Assembly (NCBI RefSeq): GCF_026210795.1
Contig: NC_089432.1
Coordinates: 930,001-994,000, forward strand
Source: Rhizophagus irregularis
Taxonomy: Eukaryota
Length of the DNA: 64,000 nt
Direction of reading: 5' to 3'
The translations under genes and the position numbers were made by a program. This document shows positions 14,521 to 27,392 of the stretch, in pieces. The notes beneath the pieces are model-generated. The model made no database searches. It saw only the letters and a program-made list of their open reading frames with translations, and was not told the origin of the DNA. Each line of letters opens with the position of its first letter. Position 1 is the first letter of the stretch.

Positions 14521-14765
14521 TAAAAATTCAGTAAAGAGAAGCAATTTGATAAGTTAGTAATTAAAAGTATGTCACCAAAACTTTGAATCATATTTTTTTC
14601 GTTATTTATTGTACAAATGATTGTTTGTTTGTTTCAGGTGATTATTAGCCAATCATAATTCTTGATCAAAATAGCTGACAGCCAATTAAAATAACATTTT
14701 CATGCTTTTTTCATCACAATCTTTTCATCTTTTTGATCATTTAATCTCTTTACACCCATCTCATA

Positions 14766-16230
14766 ATGGATATTTCAACGTAAAGTTTTTTTGATATACT
14801 GTTTAAAAATTATTTACCTTGTATTAATATCTCATATCTGATTCTTTTAGTGATCAACTTTTCAAAGAAAAAGGCGATGGTAATTACAATATAATGTTTT
14901 AAATATTAAAATACTTTATACTTTCAGTTTATATTTAAGTTAATTAATTTAATTTAGGTCTTACACAGGAAAAATATGAAAAGATTATTGCTTTACAACA
15001 AAAACATGATGCAGAAATCCAAATGTTATCTGATGAATGCCAACTTGAGCTAGCATTTATAAAGGTTAAAAATTTTGAATACAATTCAAAGAATAATTTA
15101 TTTTGATTTGACCAAATTTTTTATAAATTATAGAGTATCATGAAAGATAATCGAGAACCAGCACCAAAAAAGACTCGCAGTATTAGTTCATGGAATACAT
15201 TTCAAACTGAATGGTTCAAAAAAAATAGTATGTTCTATAAATATTATTGGTTTAATTTATCATAAAATATTTACTTATTAAAAGAATTATATATTTACTA
15301 GAAATTAAAGTTACTACTCCAGGAGCTCAAAAACAATGTGCTGAAGAATATGCATTGCTTAATAAAGAACAATTGAATTCTTTTAAAAACAGAGCTGAAG
15401 AATTATCTGAAAATAGATTCAATAAAGAACCAAAATTAATAGAAAGTATAAGACTTCGCAAAGCTGAATTAAATAAACAAATTTGTGAAATTAGAAAATT
15501 GGTATGTATATATATTATTAGATTATCAGTTAAAATATAAAATTCTATATAATTAATTATTAAATGCTTGATTTCTAGTATCGAACTTTACAAATTACCT
15601 GTGATGTAGAATTTTTGACACTTGTGATTCCTTTAAGCAAAGAATTGAACATCTCTTATTTTGGAACTCCAGTTGGTGAAGAATTTTACAAGTCCTGCTT
15701 AAAACTAGACGAAATTCATAACAGTTTTTATCATTTTTCTTGTTTAAAAAAATCAGGTATAATAATATTATTTTATACAAATGTTATAAAAATTAACTAA
15801 CTTTTTATATTATTCTGTATCAGCTAAAAATGAAATTATTAAACAAGTTACATTTCAAAAAGATATAGAGGATATAACTATGATAGAAAGTGCAGATGAT
15901 CAATTATCTATTATTGATAAAGAATGTCCAAATAGTAAGAATGCACGTGATAAAGTTAGAAAATATTTACAAGAGAAATTTAGTAAGTAATAATTATAAT
16001 TTTAAATATAATGGAAAGTTAATAATAATTATACTTAATTAATTATAGATTTGATAACAAAAGAAAGAATACCCTATAAAAATTGGTATAACCAAACTAA
16101 ATATACTATAATAGGATGGCCTGAAGATGTTTTATTCTGTAATTATTCTGATTTAAGTACTGAAGATAAGAAAAAGATATTAAGTAATTTAAATAACATA
16201 TATTTTAAGATAAATAATTTGAGTGAATAG
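14766..16230 (+). CDS. Eight-exon hypothetical protein with an HMG-box-like segment and a C-terminal IPY..W..IIGWPEDV domain
   Basis: Phase-consistent GT-AG exons give MDIST..GLTQEKYEK..KKTRSISSWNTFQTEWFKKN..KQCAEEYALLNKEQLNSFKNRAEEL..RIPYKNWY..IIGWPEDVLF..NLSE*. Confidence 0.75.
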
Positions 16231-16921
16231 TAGAATAGTTAGCATTACAGTTGGTAATAAAATAATTTCCCCAGTTCTAGAACTGGTTATTATGGTCTTT
16301 AATCCAAGGTTATAAATTTTTCATCCAATAAAATGATTTAATTTCATTATCATATAATATTAAAATTTCATATTTCAAATTTCATATCAGTTTATTACAA
16401 ATTAGATATAATTAAATAATGACTGTTAAGTTATGACTGATAATTTCATTGTCTTTCTGATTAAGTCAAAGCTACATACATATAGCAAAATAATTTCAGT
16501 TTTATACCAGTCTAAAGAACAATCTTTAAAATGGCTCAAAGGCTGATTTGATCCAGTTCTAGTTAAAAGACTAGTTTTGTTAAAACCAGACTGGATCAGA
16601 ACAGAACAGACCAATTCATTATATACCAGTAAGCTAATTGTACATTTTAAATCATGTATATTATCATTATATAAAAATTGAAATTAAATATATTAAACCA
16701 TATGCAATTAATTAAAGAACTTTACAGTTGAATTTGCAACTTATTTAATACTTAAACTCTGGACTATAATTTTGATTGGATAATTAAAAATACTAGTACT
16801 AGCTAGTAAAAAAAAATTTAAATAAGCAACTAAAGTTATACAGTCAAAGCTCGTCATAGTGAACTTTCCGTTCCACTATATAATTTTTTCCTTTATTTTT
16901 AAACTGAAGTCCATCATAGTC

Positions 16922-17254
16922 CATCATTTATTGCAGCGGATTTATGAAATTTGGCAAAAATCCTGCTGCGCCCTCAGAAATCAAAATTGACTTACCAAAA
17001 CATTAAGCTTTTTCCTAAAAAATGTCAAATAATGATGTGCCTTTAATACTGAAATAATTGGTTAGATAATGGGAAAATTGGTTAGATGCAAGATTTAAGG
17101 TACAAAAAAATTTTTTAGAACTCATTTTTGACTGTTCACTAATAAATTTGGGACTTAAATAGAAATTTGATGACTAAAATAATACCTCATCTAATATTTA
17201 TTTAATTTGACATGACAGACAAATTTTTGGGTATTCTATAAATCCGCCATGATG
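16922..17254. mobile_element. MITE family A, copy 2, inserted in the first units of the 55-bp satellite
   Basis: Homologous to 9500-9765 (CCTGCTGCGCCCT; CTCATTTTTGACTGTTCACTAATAAATTTGGGACTTAAATAG; ends ATAAATCCGCCATGATG). It splits a satellite unit. Confidence 0.75.
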
Positions 17255-18700
17255 TATAGGGACATTATTGTCCTAATTTTTAAACTAAAGCCCAACATAG
17301 TCCATAATTATGAGAATATTATTGTCCTCATTTTTAAACTGAAGGGTCTACCATAGTCCATAATTATGAGGACATTATTGTCCTCATTTTTAAATTGAAG
17401 GCGCATCATAGTCCATAATTATGAGGACATTATTGTCCTCATTTTTAAGCTGAAGGCGCATCATAGTCCATAATTATGAGGACATTATTGTCCTCATTTT
17501 AAACTGAAGGCGCATCATAGTCCATGATTACGAGGACATTATTGTCCTCATTTTTAAACTGAAGGTTTATCATAGTCCATAATTACGTTAGGACATTATT
17601 GTCCTCATTTTTAAACTGAAGGTCTATCATAGTCCATAATTATGAGGACATTGTCCTAATTTTTGAACTGAAGGCGCATCATAGTCCATAATTACGAGGA
17701 CATTATTGTCCTAATTTTTAAACTGAAGGTTTGTCATAGTCCATAATTACGTTAGGACATTATTGTCCTCATTTTTAAACTGAAGGCACATCATAGTCCA
17801 TAATTATGAGGACATTATTGTCCTCATTTTTAAACTGAAGGCATGTCATTGTCCATAATTATGAGGACATTATTGTCCTCATTTTTAAACTGAAGGTCTA
17901 TCATAGTCCATAATTATGAGGACATTGTCCTCATTTTTAAACTGAAGGCGCATCATAGTCCATAATTACGAGGACATTATTGTCCTCATTTTTAAACTGA
18001 AGGTTTGTCATAGTCCATAATTACGTTAGGACATTATTGTCCTCAAGGCACATCATAGTCCATAATTATGAGGACATTATTGTCCTCATTTTTAAACTGA
18101 AGGCATGTCATTGTCCATAATTACGAGGACATTATTGTCCTCATTTTTAAACTGAAGGCATATCATAGTCCATAATTACGAGGACATTATTGTCCTCATT
18201 TTTAAATTGAAGGCACTTCATAGTCCATAATTACGAGGACATTATTGTCCTCATTTTTAAACTGAAGGTTTGTCATAGTCCATAATTACGTTAGGACATT
18301 ATTGTCCTCATTTTTAAACTGAAGGCGCATCATAGTCCATAATTACGAGGACATTACTGTCCTCATTTTTAAACTGAAGTCATGTCATTGTCCATAATTA
18401 CGAGGACATTATTGTCCTCATTTTTAAACTGAAGGCATATCATAGTCCATAATTACGAGGACATTATTGTCCTCATTTTTAAATTGAAGGCACTTCATAG
18501 TCCATAATTACGAGGACATTATTGTCCTCATTTTTAAACTAAAGGACTATCACAGTCCATAATTATGAGGACATTATTGTCCTCATTTTTAAACTGAAGG
18601 ACTATCATAGTCCATAATTACGAGGACATTATTGTCCTCATTTTTAAACTGAAGGCGCAACATAGTCCATAATTACGGGGACATTATTGTCCTCATTCTG
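17255..18700. repeat. 55-bp tandem satellite (~26 units) with an internal palindrome
   Basis: Unit GAGGACATTATTGTCCTCATTTTTAAACTGAAGG[nnnn]TCATAGTCCATAATTA(T/C); degenerate units begin at ~16850. Confidence 0.95.
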
Positions 18701-18785
18701 AACCAATCAGATCCCGTGGGCTACATATGCCCATGGGCAGTTTATAAGCTATAAGTTAGCGCACGAACATCCAGCTTATAAACTA

Positions 18786-19306
18786 CACAGTGAAATTCGA
18801 TAAACCGGATCTATCGGTTCCACTAAAAATATCCGGTTTATCGGGATATCCGGTTTAGCGAAAAAATTTCGATATATTGAAAATCTATTATTGAATTTTT
18901 AAAAAATTTTCATGCTAATAAAACTAATATACACTATAATTTGATTTTTTCATCTAGTTTTAAGTTATAGAGGTCATGAAAATGAATATAAAATATTTTA
19001 ATTGAATATATAAGTAACACTTAACTTCAGCCGGAATTAAGATTTTTATAATTCCGGCCAAATTCAAAATTTACCGAATCACGTTACTTAAATTTTATTG
19101 GTTACCAGTCACGTGATCCGGTTTATCGAATCATTTTTACTATAGCTGGTTAGAAAATTGATCCGTTATAGCGAATATCGAGCTTTTACTAGTAAACTCC
19201 GGTATATCGAGCCTATTTTAATATACGTGATTTGGTTCCAGCAAAAAAGTCCGGTTTAGGCCCAAATCCGGTTTATCGAATATCCGGTTTATCGAATTTC
19301 ACTGTG
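18786..19306. mobile_element. Tc1/mariner/pogo-type MITE
   Basis: Perfect 25-bp TIR CACAGTGAAATTCGATAAACCGGAT, flanked by TA on both sides; internal ATCCGGTTTA(T/G)CG repeats. Confidence 0.9.
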
Positions 19307-19339
19307 TATGTTGATCATTTGGCTGGGGTGCTTTATGTA

Positions 19340-19428
19340 AATGTCAATGACAATGTCAATGTCAGTGACAATGTCAATGTCAATGTCAATGTCAATGTCA
19401 ATGTCAATGTCAATGACAATGACAATGA
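19340..19428. repeat. (AATGTC/AATGAC)n hexamer microsatellite
   Basis: About 14 tandem hexamers. Confidence 0.95.
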
Positions 19429-19739
19429 AAAAAACTTCTAATGCCAACTTTTCGCAAAAACTCTTCCTGTGCCACTAAAAGACCCTGTTAAATTGTTGCA
19501 TCATTCAATATTTGCATAATTTCATTTTTTTGTTGATCATTAAAATTTCATAAAATATTGCAAAAAAATAAAAAAATTGTAAAAAAAATGTTTCAGCGTT
19601 TTTTCATATAATATTATTAAAAAAAATGCCAAAAACTTTTTTTTTGCATTACTATTAAGAAAAAAACGTTTTGGCATTTTTCCATATAAAATTATAAAAA
19701 AAAATAACGCAAAAACGTTTTTTCTTCATTTTTTATTTT

Positions 19740-22700
19740 TTAACAAAAAATGTCAAGACTGACGTTTTTAATTAAAAAAACCAATATTTTTTTGATTTTT
19801 AATCACAAAAATGTCAAAGTCTGACGTTTTTAATTAAAAAAATCATTTTTTTTGATTTTTTAATAACAAAAACGTCAAGTCTGACGTTTTTAATTAAAAA
19901 AAACCAATATTTTTTTGATTTTTATTTTTTAATCACAAAAATGTCAAGTCTGACGTTTTTTAATTAAAAAAATCATTTTTTTGATTTTTTAATAACAAAA
20001 ATGTCAAGTCTGACGTTTTTAATCAAAAAAATCATTTTTTTTTTATTTTTTAATTACAATAATGTCAAGTCTAACGTTTTTAATCAAAAAAATCATTTTT
20101 TTTGATTTTTTAATTACAAAAACATCAAGTCTGACATTTTTAATCAAAAAAATCATTTTTTTTGATTTTTTAATTACAAAAACGTCAAGTCTGACATTTT
20201 TAATTAAAAAAAACAATATTTTTTTGATTTTTAATTACAAAATGCCAAGTCTGACGTTTTTAATTAAAAAACCCAATATTTTTTTGATTTTTAATCACAA
20301 AAATGTCAAAGTCTGACGTTTTTAATTAAAAAAATCATTTTTTTTTGATTTTTTAATAACAAAAACGTCAAGTCTGACGTTTTTAATTAAAAAAAACCAA
20401 TATTTTTTTGATTTTTATTTTTTAATCACAAAAATGTCAAGTCTGACGTTTTTTAATTAAAAAAATCATTTTTTTGATTTTTTAATAACAAAAATGTCAA
20501 GTCTGACATTTTTAATCAAAAAAATCATTTTTTTTTGATTTTTTAATTACAATAATGTCAAGTCTAACGTTTTTAATCAAAAAAATCATTTTTTTTGATT
20601 TTTTAATTACAAAAACATCAAGTCTGACATTTTTAATCAAAAAAATCATTTTTTTTTGTTTTTTTAATTACAAAAACGTCAAGTCTGACATTTTTAATTA
20701 AAAAAAACAATATTTTTTTGAGTTTTAATTACAAAATGCCAAGTCTGACGTTTTTAATTAAAAAATCAATATTTTTTTTGATTTTTAATCACAAAAACAT
20801 CAAGTCTGACATTTTTAATTAAAAAAAACCAATATTTTTTTTGATTTTTAATCACAAAAACATCAAGTCTGACGTTTTTAATTAAAAAAATCATTTTTTT
20901 GATTTTTTAATTACAAAAACGTCGAGTCTGACGTTTTTAATTAAAAATCATTTTTTTTTGATTTTTTAATTACAAAAACGTCAAGTCTGACGTTTTTAAC
21001 TAAAAAAATCAATTTTTTTGATTTTTAATTACAAAATTGTCAAATCTAACGTAAAAAATAATTTTTTGAATCATAAAAATGTCAAATCTGACGTTTTTAA
21101 TTAAAAAATCATTTTTTTTTATTTTTAATCACAAAAATGTCATGTCTGACGTTTTTAACTAAAAAAATCATTTTTTTTTTTGATTTTTTAATTAAAAAAC
21201 GTCAAGTCTGACGTTTTTTAACTAAAAAAGTCATTTTTTTTTTGATTTTTTAATTAAAAAACGTCAAGTCTGACGTTTTTTAACTAAAAAAGTCATTTTT
21301 TTGATTTTTTAATTACAAAAACATCAAGTCTGACGTTTTTTAACTAAAAAAGTCATTTTTTTGATTTTTTAATTACAAAAACGTCAAATCTGACGTTTTT
21401 AATTAAAAAAATCATTTTTTTTATTTTTAATCACAAAAATGTCATGTCTGACGTTTTTTAACTAAAAAAGTCATTTTTTTTTTGATTTTTTAATTACAAA
21501 AATGTCAAGTCTGCCATTTTTTAACTGAAAAAGTCATTTTTTTTGACTTTTTAATTACAAAAATGTCAAGTCTGACGTTTTTTAACTGAAAAAGTCATTT
21601 TTTTTGATTTTTTAATTACAATAACGTCAAGCCTGACATTTTTTAACTAAAAAAGTCATTTTTTTGATTTTTTAATTACAAAAACGTCAAGCCTGACGTT
21701 TTTTAACTAAAAAAGTCATTTTTTTGATTTTTTAATTACAAAAACGTCAAGCCTGACATTTTTTAACTAAAAAAGTCATTTTTTTGATTTTTTAATTACA
21801 AAAACGTCAAGCCTGACATTTTTTAACTAAAAAAGTCATTTTTTTGATTTTTTAATTACAAAAACGTCAAGCCTGACGTTTTTTAACTAAAAAAGTCATT
21901 TTTTTGATTTTTTAATTACAAAAACGTCAAGCCTGACGTTTTTTAACTAAAAAAGTCATTTTTTTGATTTTTTAATTACAAAAACGTCAAGCCTGACGTT
22001 TTTCAACTAAAAAAGTCATTTTTTTGATTTTTTAATTACAAAAACGTCAAGCCTGACGTTTTTTAACTAAAAAAATCATTTTTTTTTTATTTTTAATCAC
22101 AAAAATGTCATGTCTGACGTTTTTAACTAAAAAAAACATTTTTTTGATTTTTTAATTACAAAAACGTCAAGTCTGACATTTTTTAACTGAAAAAGTCATT
22201 TTTTTTTGACTTTTTAATTACAAAAACGTCAAGTCTGACGTTTTTTAACTGAAAAAGTCATTTTTTTTGATTTTTTAATTACAATAACGTCAAGCCTGAC
22301 ATTTTTTAACTAAAAAAGTCATTTTTTTGATTTTTTAATTACAAAAACGTCAAGCCTGACGTTTTTTAACTAAAAAAGTCATTTTTTTGATTTTTTAATT
22401 ACAAAAACGTCAAGCCTGACATTTTTTAACTAATAAAGTCATTTTTTTGATTTTTTAATTACAAAAACGTCAAGCCTGACGTTTTTTAACTAAAAAAGTC
22501 ATTTTTTTGATTTTTTAATTACAAAAACGTCAAGCCTGACGTTTTTCAACTAAAAAAGTCATTTTTTTGATTTTTTAATTACAAAAACGTCAAGCCTGAC
22601 GTTTTTCAACTAAAAAAGTCATTTTTTTGATTTTTTAATTACAAAAACGTCAAGTCTGACATTTTTTAACTAAAAAAATCATTTTTTTTTATTTTTAATC

Positions 22701-23730
22701 ACAAAAATGTCATGTCTGACGTTTTTAACTAAAAAAAACATTTTTTTGATTTTTTAATTACAAAAACATCAAGTCTGACATTTTTAATTAATAAAATCAT
22801 TTTTTTTTGATTTTTTAATTACAAAAACGCCAAGTCTTACGTTTTTAACCAAAAAAATCAATTTTTTTGATTTTTAATCAAATCTAACGTAAAAAATGAT
22901 TTTTTAATTACAAAAACGTCAAGTCTGACATTTTTTAACTGAAAAAGTCATTTTTTTTTGACTTTTTAATTACAAAAACGTCAAGTCTGACGTTTTTTAA
23001 CTGAAAAAGTCATTTTTTTTGATTTTTTAATTACAATAACGTCAAGCCTGACATTTTTTAACTAAAAAAGTCATTTTTTTGATTTTTTAATTACAAAAAC
23101 GTCAAGCCTGACGTTTTTTAACTAAAAAAGTCATTTTTTTGATTTTTTAATTACAAAAACGTCAAGCCTGACATTTTTTAACTAATAAAGTCATTTTTTT
23201 GATTTTTTAATTACAAAAACGTCAAGCCTGACGTTTTTTAACTAAAAAAGTCATTTTTTTGATTTTTTAATTACAAAAACGTCAAGCCTGACGTTTTTCA
23301 ACTAAAAAAGTCATTTTTTTGATTTTTTAATTACAAAAACGTCAAGCCTGACGTTTTTCAACTAAAAAAGTCATTTTTTTGATTTTTTAATTACAAAAAC
23401 GTCAAGTCTGACATTTTTTAACTAAAAAAATCATTTTTTTTTATTTTTAATCACAAAAATGTCATGTCTGACGTTTTTAACTAAAAAAAACATTTTTTTG
23501 ATTTTTTAATTACAAAAACATCAAGTCTGACATTTTTAATTAATAAAATCATTTTTTTTTGATTTTTTAATTACAAAAACGCCAAGTCTTACGTTTTTAA
23601 CCAAAAAAATCAATTTTTTTGATTTTTAATCAAATCTAACGTAAAAAATGATTTTTTAATCATAAAAACGTCAAGTCTGACGTTTTTAATAAAAAAATCA
23701 ATTTTTTTTATATTTAATTATAAAAACGTT
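19740..23730. repeat. ~60-bp doubly palindromic tandem satellite (~65 units) with higher-order duplications
   Basis: Unit AAAAACGTCAAG(T/C)CTGACGTTTTTTAACTAAAAAA(G/A)TCATTTTTTTGATTTTTTAATTAC; exact 60-bp period at 21661-22020. Confidence 0.95.
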
Positions 23731-24316
23731 TGATGACCCGACCCAAAATTTTCGAGTCAATCTGACAGTATAATGATTATAACTCACTAATAATTACCAA
23801 GTTACTCTAGTTGTATTTTACGATATATGTTTAATACTTTACTTATTTCAAATTTAATCAAAATGTATATTCAAATGTGCGTCCATTTTTTAATAATAAC
23901 CAGAAATTAACATAAATAAAAAATTTTTATAATAGATAGATAATATAAATAAAAAATTCGTTAACGCAATATATAGTATAATATAAATAATTAATTAATA
24001 TAAATAAAAAATTTTTATAATAGACAATATAAATGAAAAATATGTTGACTACAAATCCTACATTATTTTTTCATGAATAAATTGCTGAAGTGAATATTAG
24101 TTCTATACACGAAACAACTTTTGGTTTGTCAATCGTTTCAAGTTTGGGTTTGGTTAAGTCAATTTTAACTGGTAAGAATTTTTTCCAACATATTTATTAT
24201 TTTACCTGCGCCTTGTAAATCAAATTTAAACATTTTACTAAAAATAAAGATTTACAAAGTTCTGCATTATTTTTTTTTTTTTGAGAGATTTAAGAGGAGT
24301 TCATAAATAACTGAAA

Positions 24317-26733
24317 TTAATTTTTAATGCGTTTTCCTATTTTTAAAAATAAAAAATAAATAAATAATAAAAGCAACAAATTTTATTAATATTTTAAATC
24401 CAATAAATATTTACCATTATTTTCACAAGAATTAATATTTAATTCTTCAATATTTCTCTTAATTCCAAGTGAGTTGAGTCCACTACTAATATAAAATTGT
24501 ATTTGTTGAAGACTTCGTTATTTGATTAAATTATAAATGACAAATATTTTAATTTTATAATACCTTTCAATATCTATGTCTAATTTTAATTCTTCTGAAA
24601 TGTAATCTATAAAAAAAAAATTAATTTTTCTATCCAAAGATTACTTTTATTAAATGGCATAATACATACCATCATTTGATGTAAAATTTATTGATGAACA
24701 TTTAGAAAATATAGATGAACACTTGGAAATGTAAGATTTTAATGATCTACTTGTATAAATAGCTTTTGAATGAGGCTTTTCACTGAACTCAGGACCAAGC
24801 TTCTTTGAATCTATTAACTCTTTCCTTATTAAATCAGCCTGAACCAATTGATCAGCATGATTGTTTTGACGATACCATGTATGACTAATATCATCAATTT
24901 CATCTATAGAAGGTCTTTTTTTGGGATCAGGATCCCAACAACTTTTCATTAAATTAGCATAGCATTCCGGTGTATCTTTTGTAATTTCAGGTCGTACACC
25001 ATCAATAATTTTAAAGATAAGACTATGATCATGTTCAAAATTAGCAAAAGGCTTACAACCTGTTGTCAGTTCCCACATAATCATACCCAGACTATAAATA
25101 TCAGATTCTTTAGAAAATCCAGACCCTTTAAATATTTCTGGTGCAATATAAGGTATCACTCCATATATTTCATTATCAGATTGGTTATCATTTGCAGGTC
25201 GTGATAATCCTAGATCTCCGATTTTACAATAGTTATCCGAACTTACCAACACATTTCCACTGTGGAAATCTCGATGTATGAAATTTTCATCATGAATACC
25301 CTGAAGCCTAAATAATAATTAATAAAATTGTATTATAATTTAATCATTTATCAATATATTTAAAATATAAATACCCCATTACAATATAATTATGGATAAA
25401 TAATTTACGATGCCAATTAATTTCCGTAAAGTTTTTTCGTAAATACTTATGTAAATCTCCTTTTTGAGCATAATCCATAACTAATATATAAATATCTAAT
25501 TGAGGATCTTTTGTAAAACCATAAGTTTTAATCAAATAACCATCATAACAATGATAATTCGACTTTAACTGTAAATTTAAAGATTAAATTTAAAATTTTC
25601 ATACAACAAATACGAATTTTTTAATCTAAAATATTTACCTCATTTATAAAATACTTGCTAAAGTCCTGAGAATTTTTAAATCTTTTTAAAATAGCAATTT
25701 TATTACTATTTTTTGGACCATCTAACCAAGTTGCTTGATACACAATACTAAATCCTCCTTCCGCTAATTCTTTTACATTTGTAAATTGAGAATATGGTAT
25801 ATAATGCATAAAAAAATATGCTTCAATACCATCATATAAAGAATCAGTTATAACTGACGAGAACCATTTATCAATATTTTTTACTTTACCAATAAATTTA
25901 GTTATTGCTGATTGATAGTATGATCTTGTACTAAAAAGAAAATCATCTAAAACGCTATTCCCACTAATAATCTTTCTAATATCAATAGTAATAGTTGATA
26001 TTCTCTTGCACTTTTTACATTGCGATTGATTTGTATATCCAAAAATCATATTTGTTGTTAAACAGTATCTACACCCAATAGAAAATATATAACAAATCAT
26101 ACAATACTTTTGACAGTTTGATGTAAATACTAATTTTCCATCACAATAATGACACTGAGATGTATCATCCCACCATGGTAAATAAATAATTGAAATAAAT
26201 TTTTTAGTAAAGGTTGATTCGATACATCCGGAAGATATTAGATAACAACTTGAACACAATATTATCTCATTTGTATTTCTATCGACTGTTTCTTTATATA
26301 ATAATTTTTCACATAGCTTACAATATTTGTCGCTTTCAATTAAATTTTTGTATAGAACACTACTCATATCCAAATAAAAATAATACCCAGCTATTTGTTT
26401 AAAACATAATATTGTCAAACAATTTTTACAGCATTCTTGGATATTTTGTGGTACTTTTGTTCTACTTACTTCATGTTTATTACATTCCAATTCCTTTGTG
26501 TTTAAATATACGTCTAAGTACATATTATTATCAGTTATATTGGTTAAATAACTAGATAAACATTTTTTGCAATAACTTTGATGATGATAAATAGTCGTTT
26601 CATACTCTTCTCCACAATGAAAACAATTTTTATCTTCCCAATTAAATGAAGCAAAAAAAATCGGTACGGGACTAGATTTTAATTTTGGTGTTGGATCAAA
26701 AGAATTTTCATCATTTAATTTTACAAGTTCCAT
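24317..26733 (-). CDS. Tyrosine-kinase-like protein kinase with Cys-rich N-terminal domain (multi-exon)
   Basis: ELAEGGFSIVYQA, ILKRFK, HRDFHSGN, KIGDLGLS, YGVIPYIAPE, SDIYSLG, CWDPDPKKRP across GT-AG exons; many CxxC pairs at the N-terminus. Confidence 0.9.
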
Positions 26734-27392
26734 TTTATAATATTACAAGTATAAACAAGTATAGAAAACTTGACATATTTATAGTTTTTCAAATTCTTAT
26801 ATATAATTAATCTTATGGAATTTTCTGTCGGTGAATTCGCTATGGTACTACGGAAAATTCGGTTTTATTTAGAGGTACAGAAGTACTTCGTCGAATGAAG
26901 TTGATCTGTATGACTAACCTTATTTGTTTTAACATGTTGGCAGATTTTGCTAATTTTGAATGGGGGACGATCTAGTGTAAATGTGATAATCTTTTATTAT
27001 TTCATTTACTGTGTTTTTGTTTGTTTATTTTATTTTTCTTTTATTGCAAAACTTTCATATAAAATTAATAAAGATAAAGGCGCCATGCCATGTTTGATCT
27101 AAATTTGAAGATTTTCATAATATCTGTTAAAAACTGTTTTGTAATACCAAATAAAAACATCTGATACAGAATCATAAGTTGAGTAAAAATCTACATTTGC
27201 GAAAATTACTCGCCGTAAAATAAATGCAAAAAAAGCCATTTCGTTAACAAGAACCCATTTCTCACTTGCATAGTAATTATAATGTTTATTATTAGAAAGT
27301 ATGATTTAATAAAACAAAAAATAAAATAAAATTTATATAGTCACAATAACTATGAATATTTACAAAAATATTTTAATGCTCAATGAATATAT

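Noticed and set aside
6200..16800. TET/JBP dioxygenase gene expected near KDZ
   Set aside because: No HxD..H 2-oxoglutarate dioxygenase motif pattern was recognisable in the neighbouring genes.
17255..18700. CRISPR-like appearance (palindromic repeat with a variable part)
   Set aside because: The variable part is only ~4 nt and recurs, there are no unique spacers or cas genes, and the context is eukaryotic.
19232..20316. ORFs 19232-19441 (NVNV...) and 20062-20316
   Set aside because: They are translations of MITE, microsatellite and satellite DNA.
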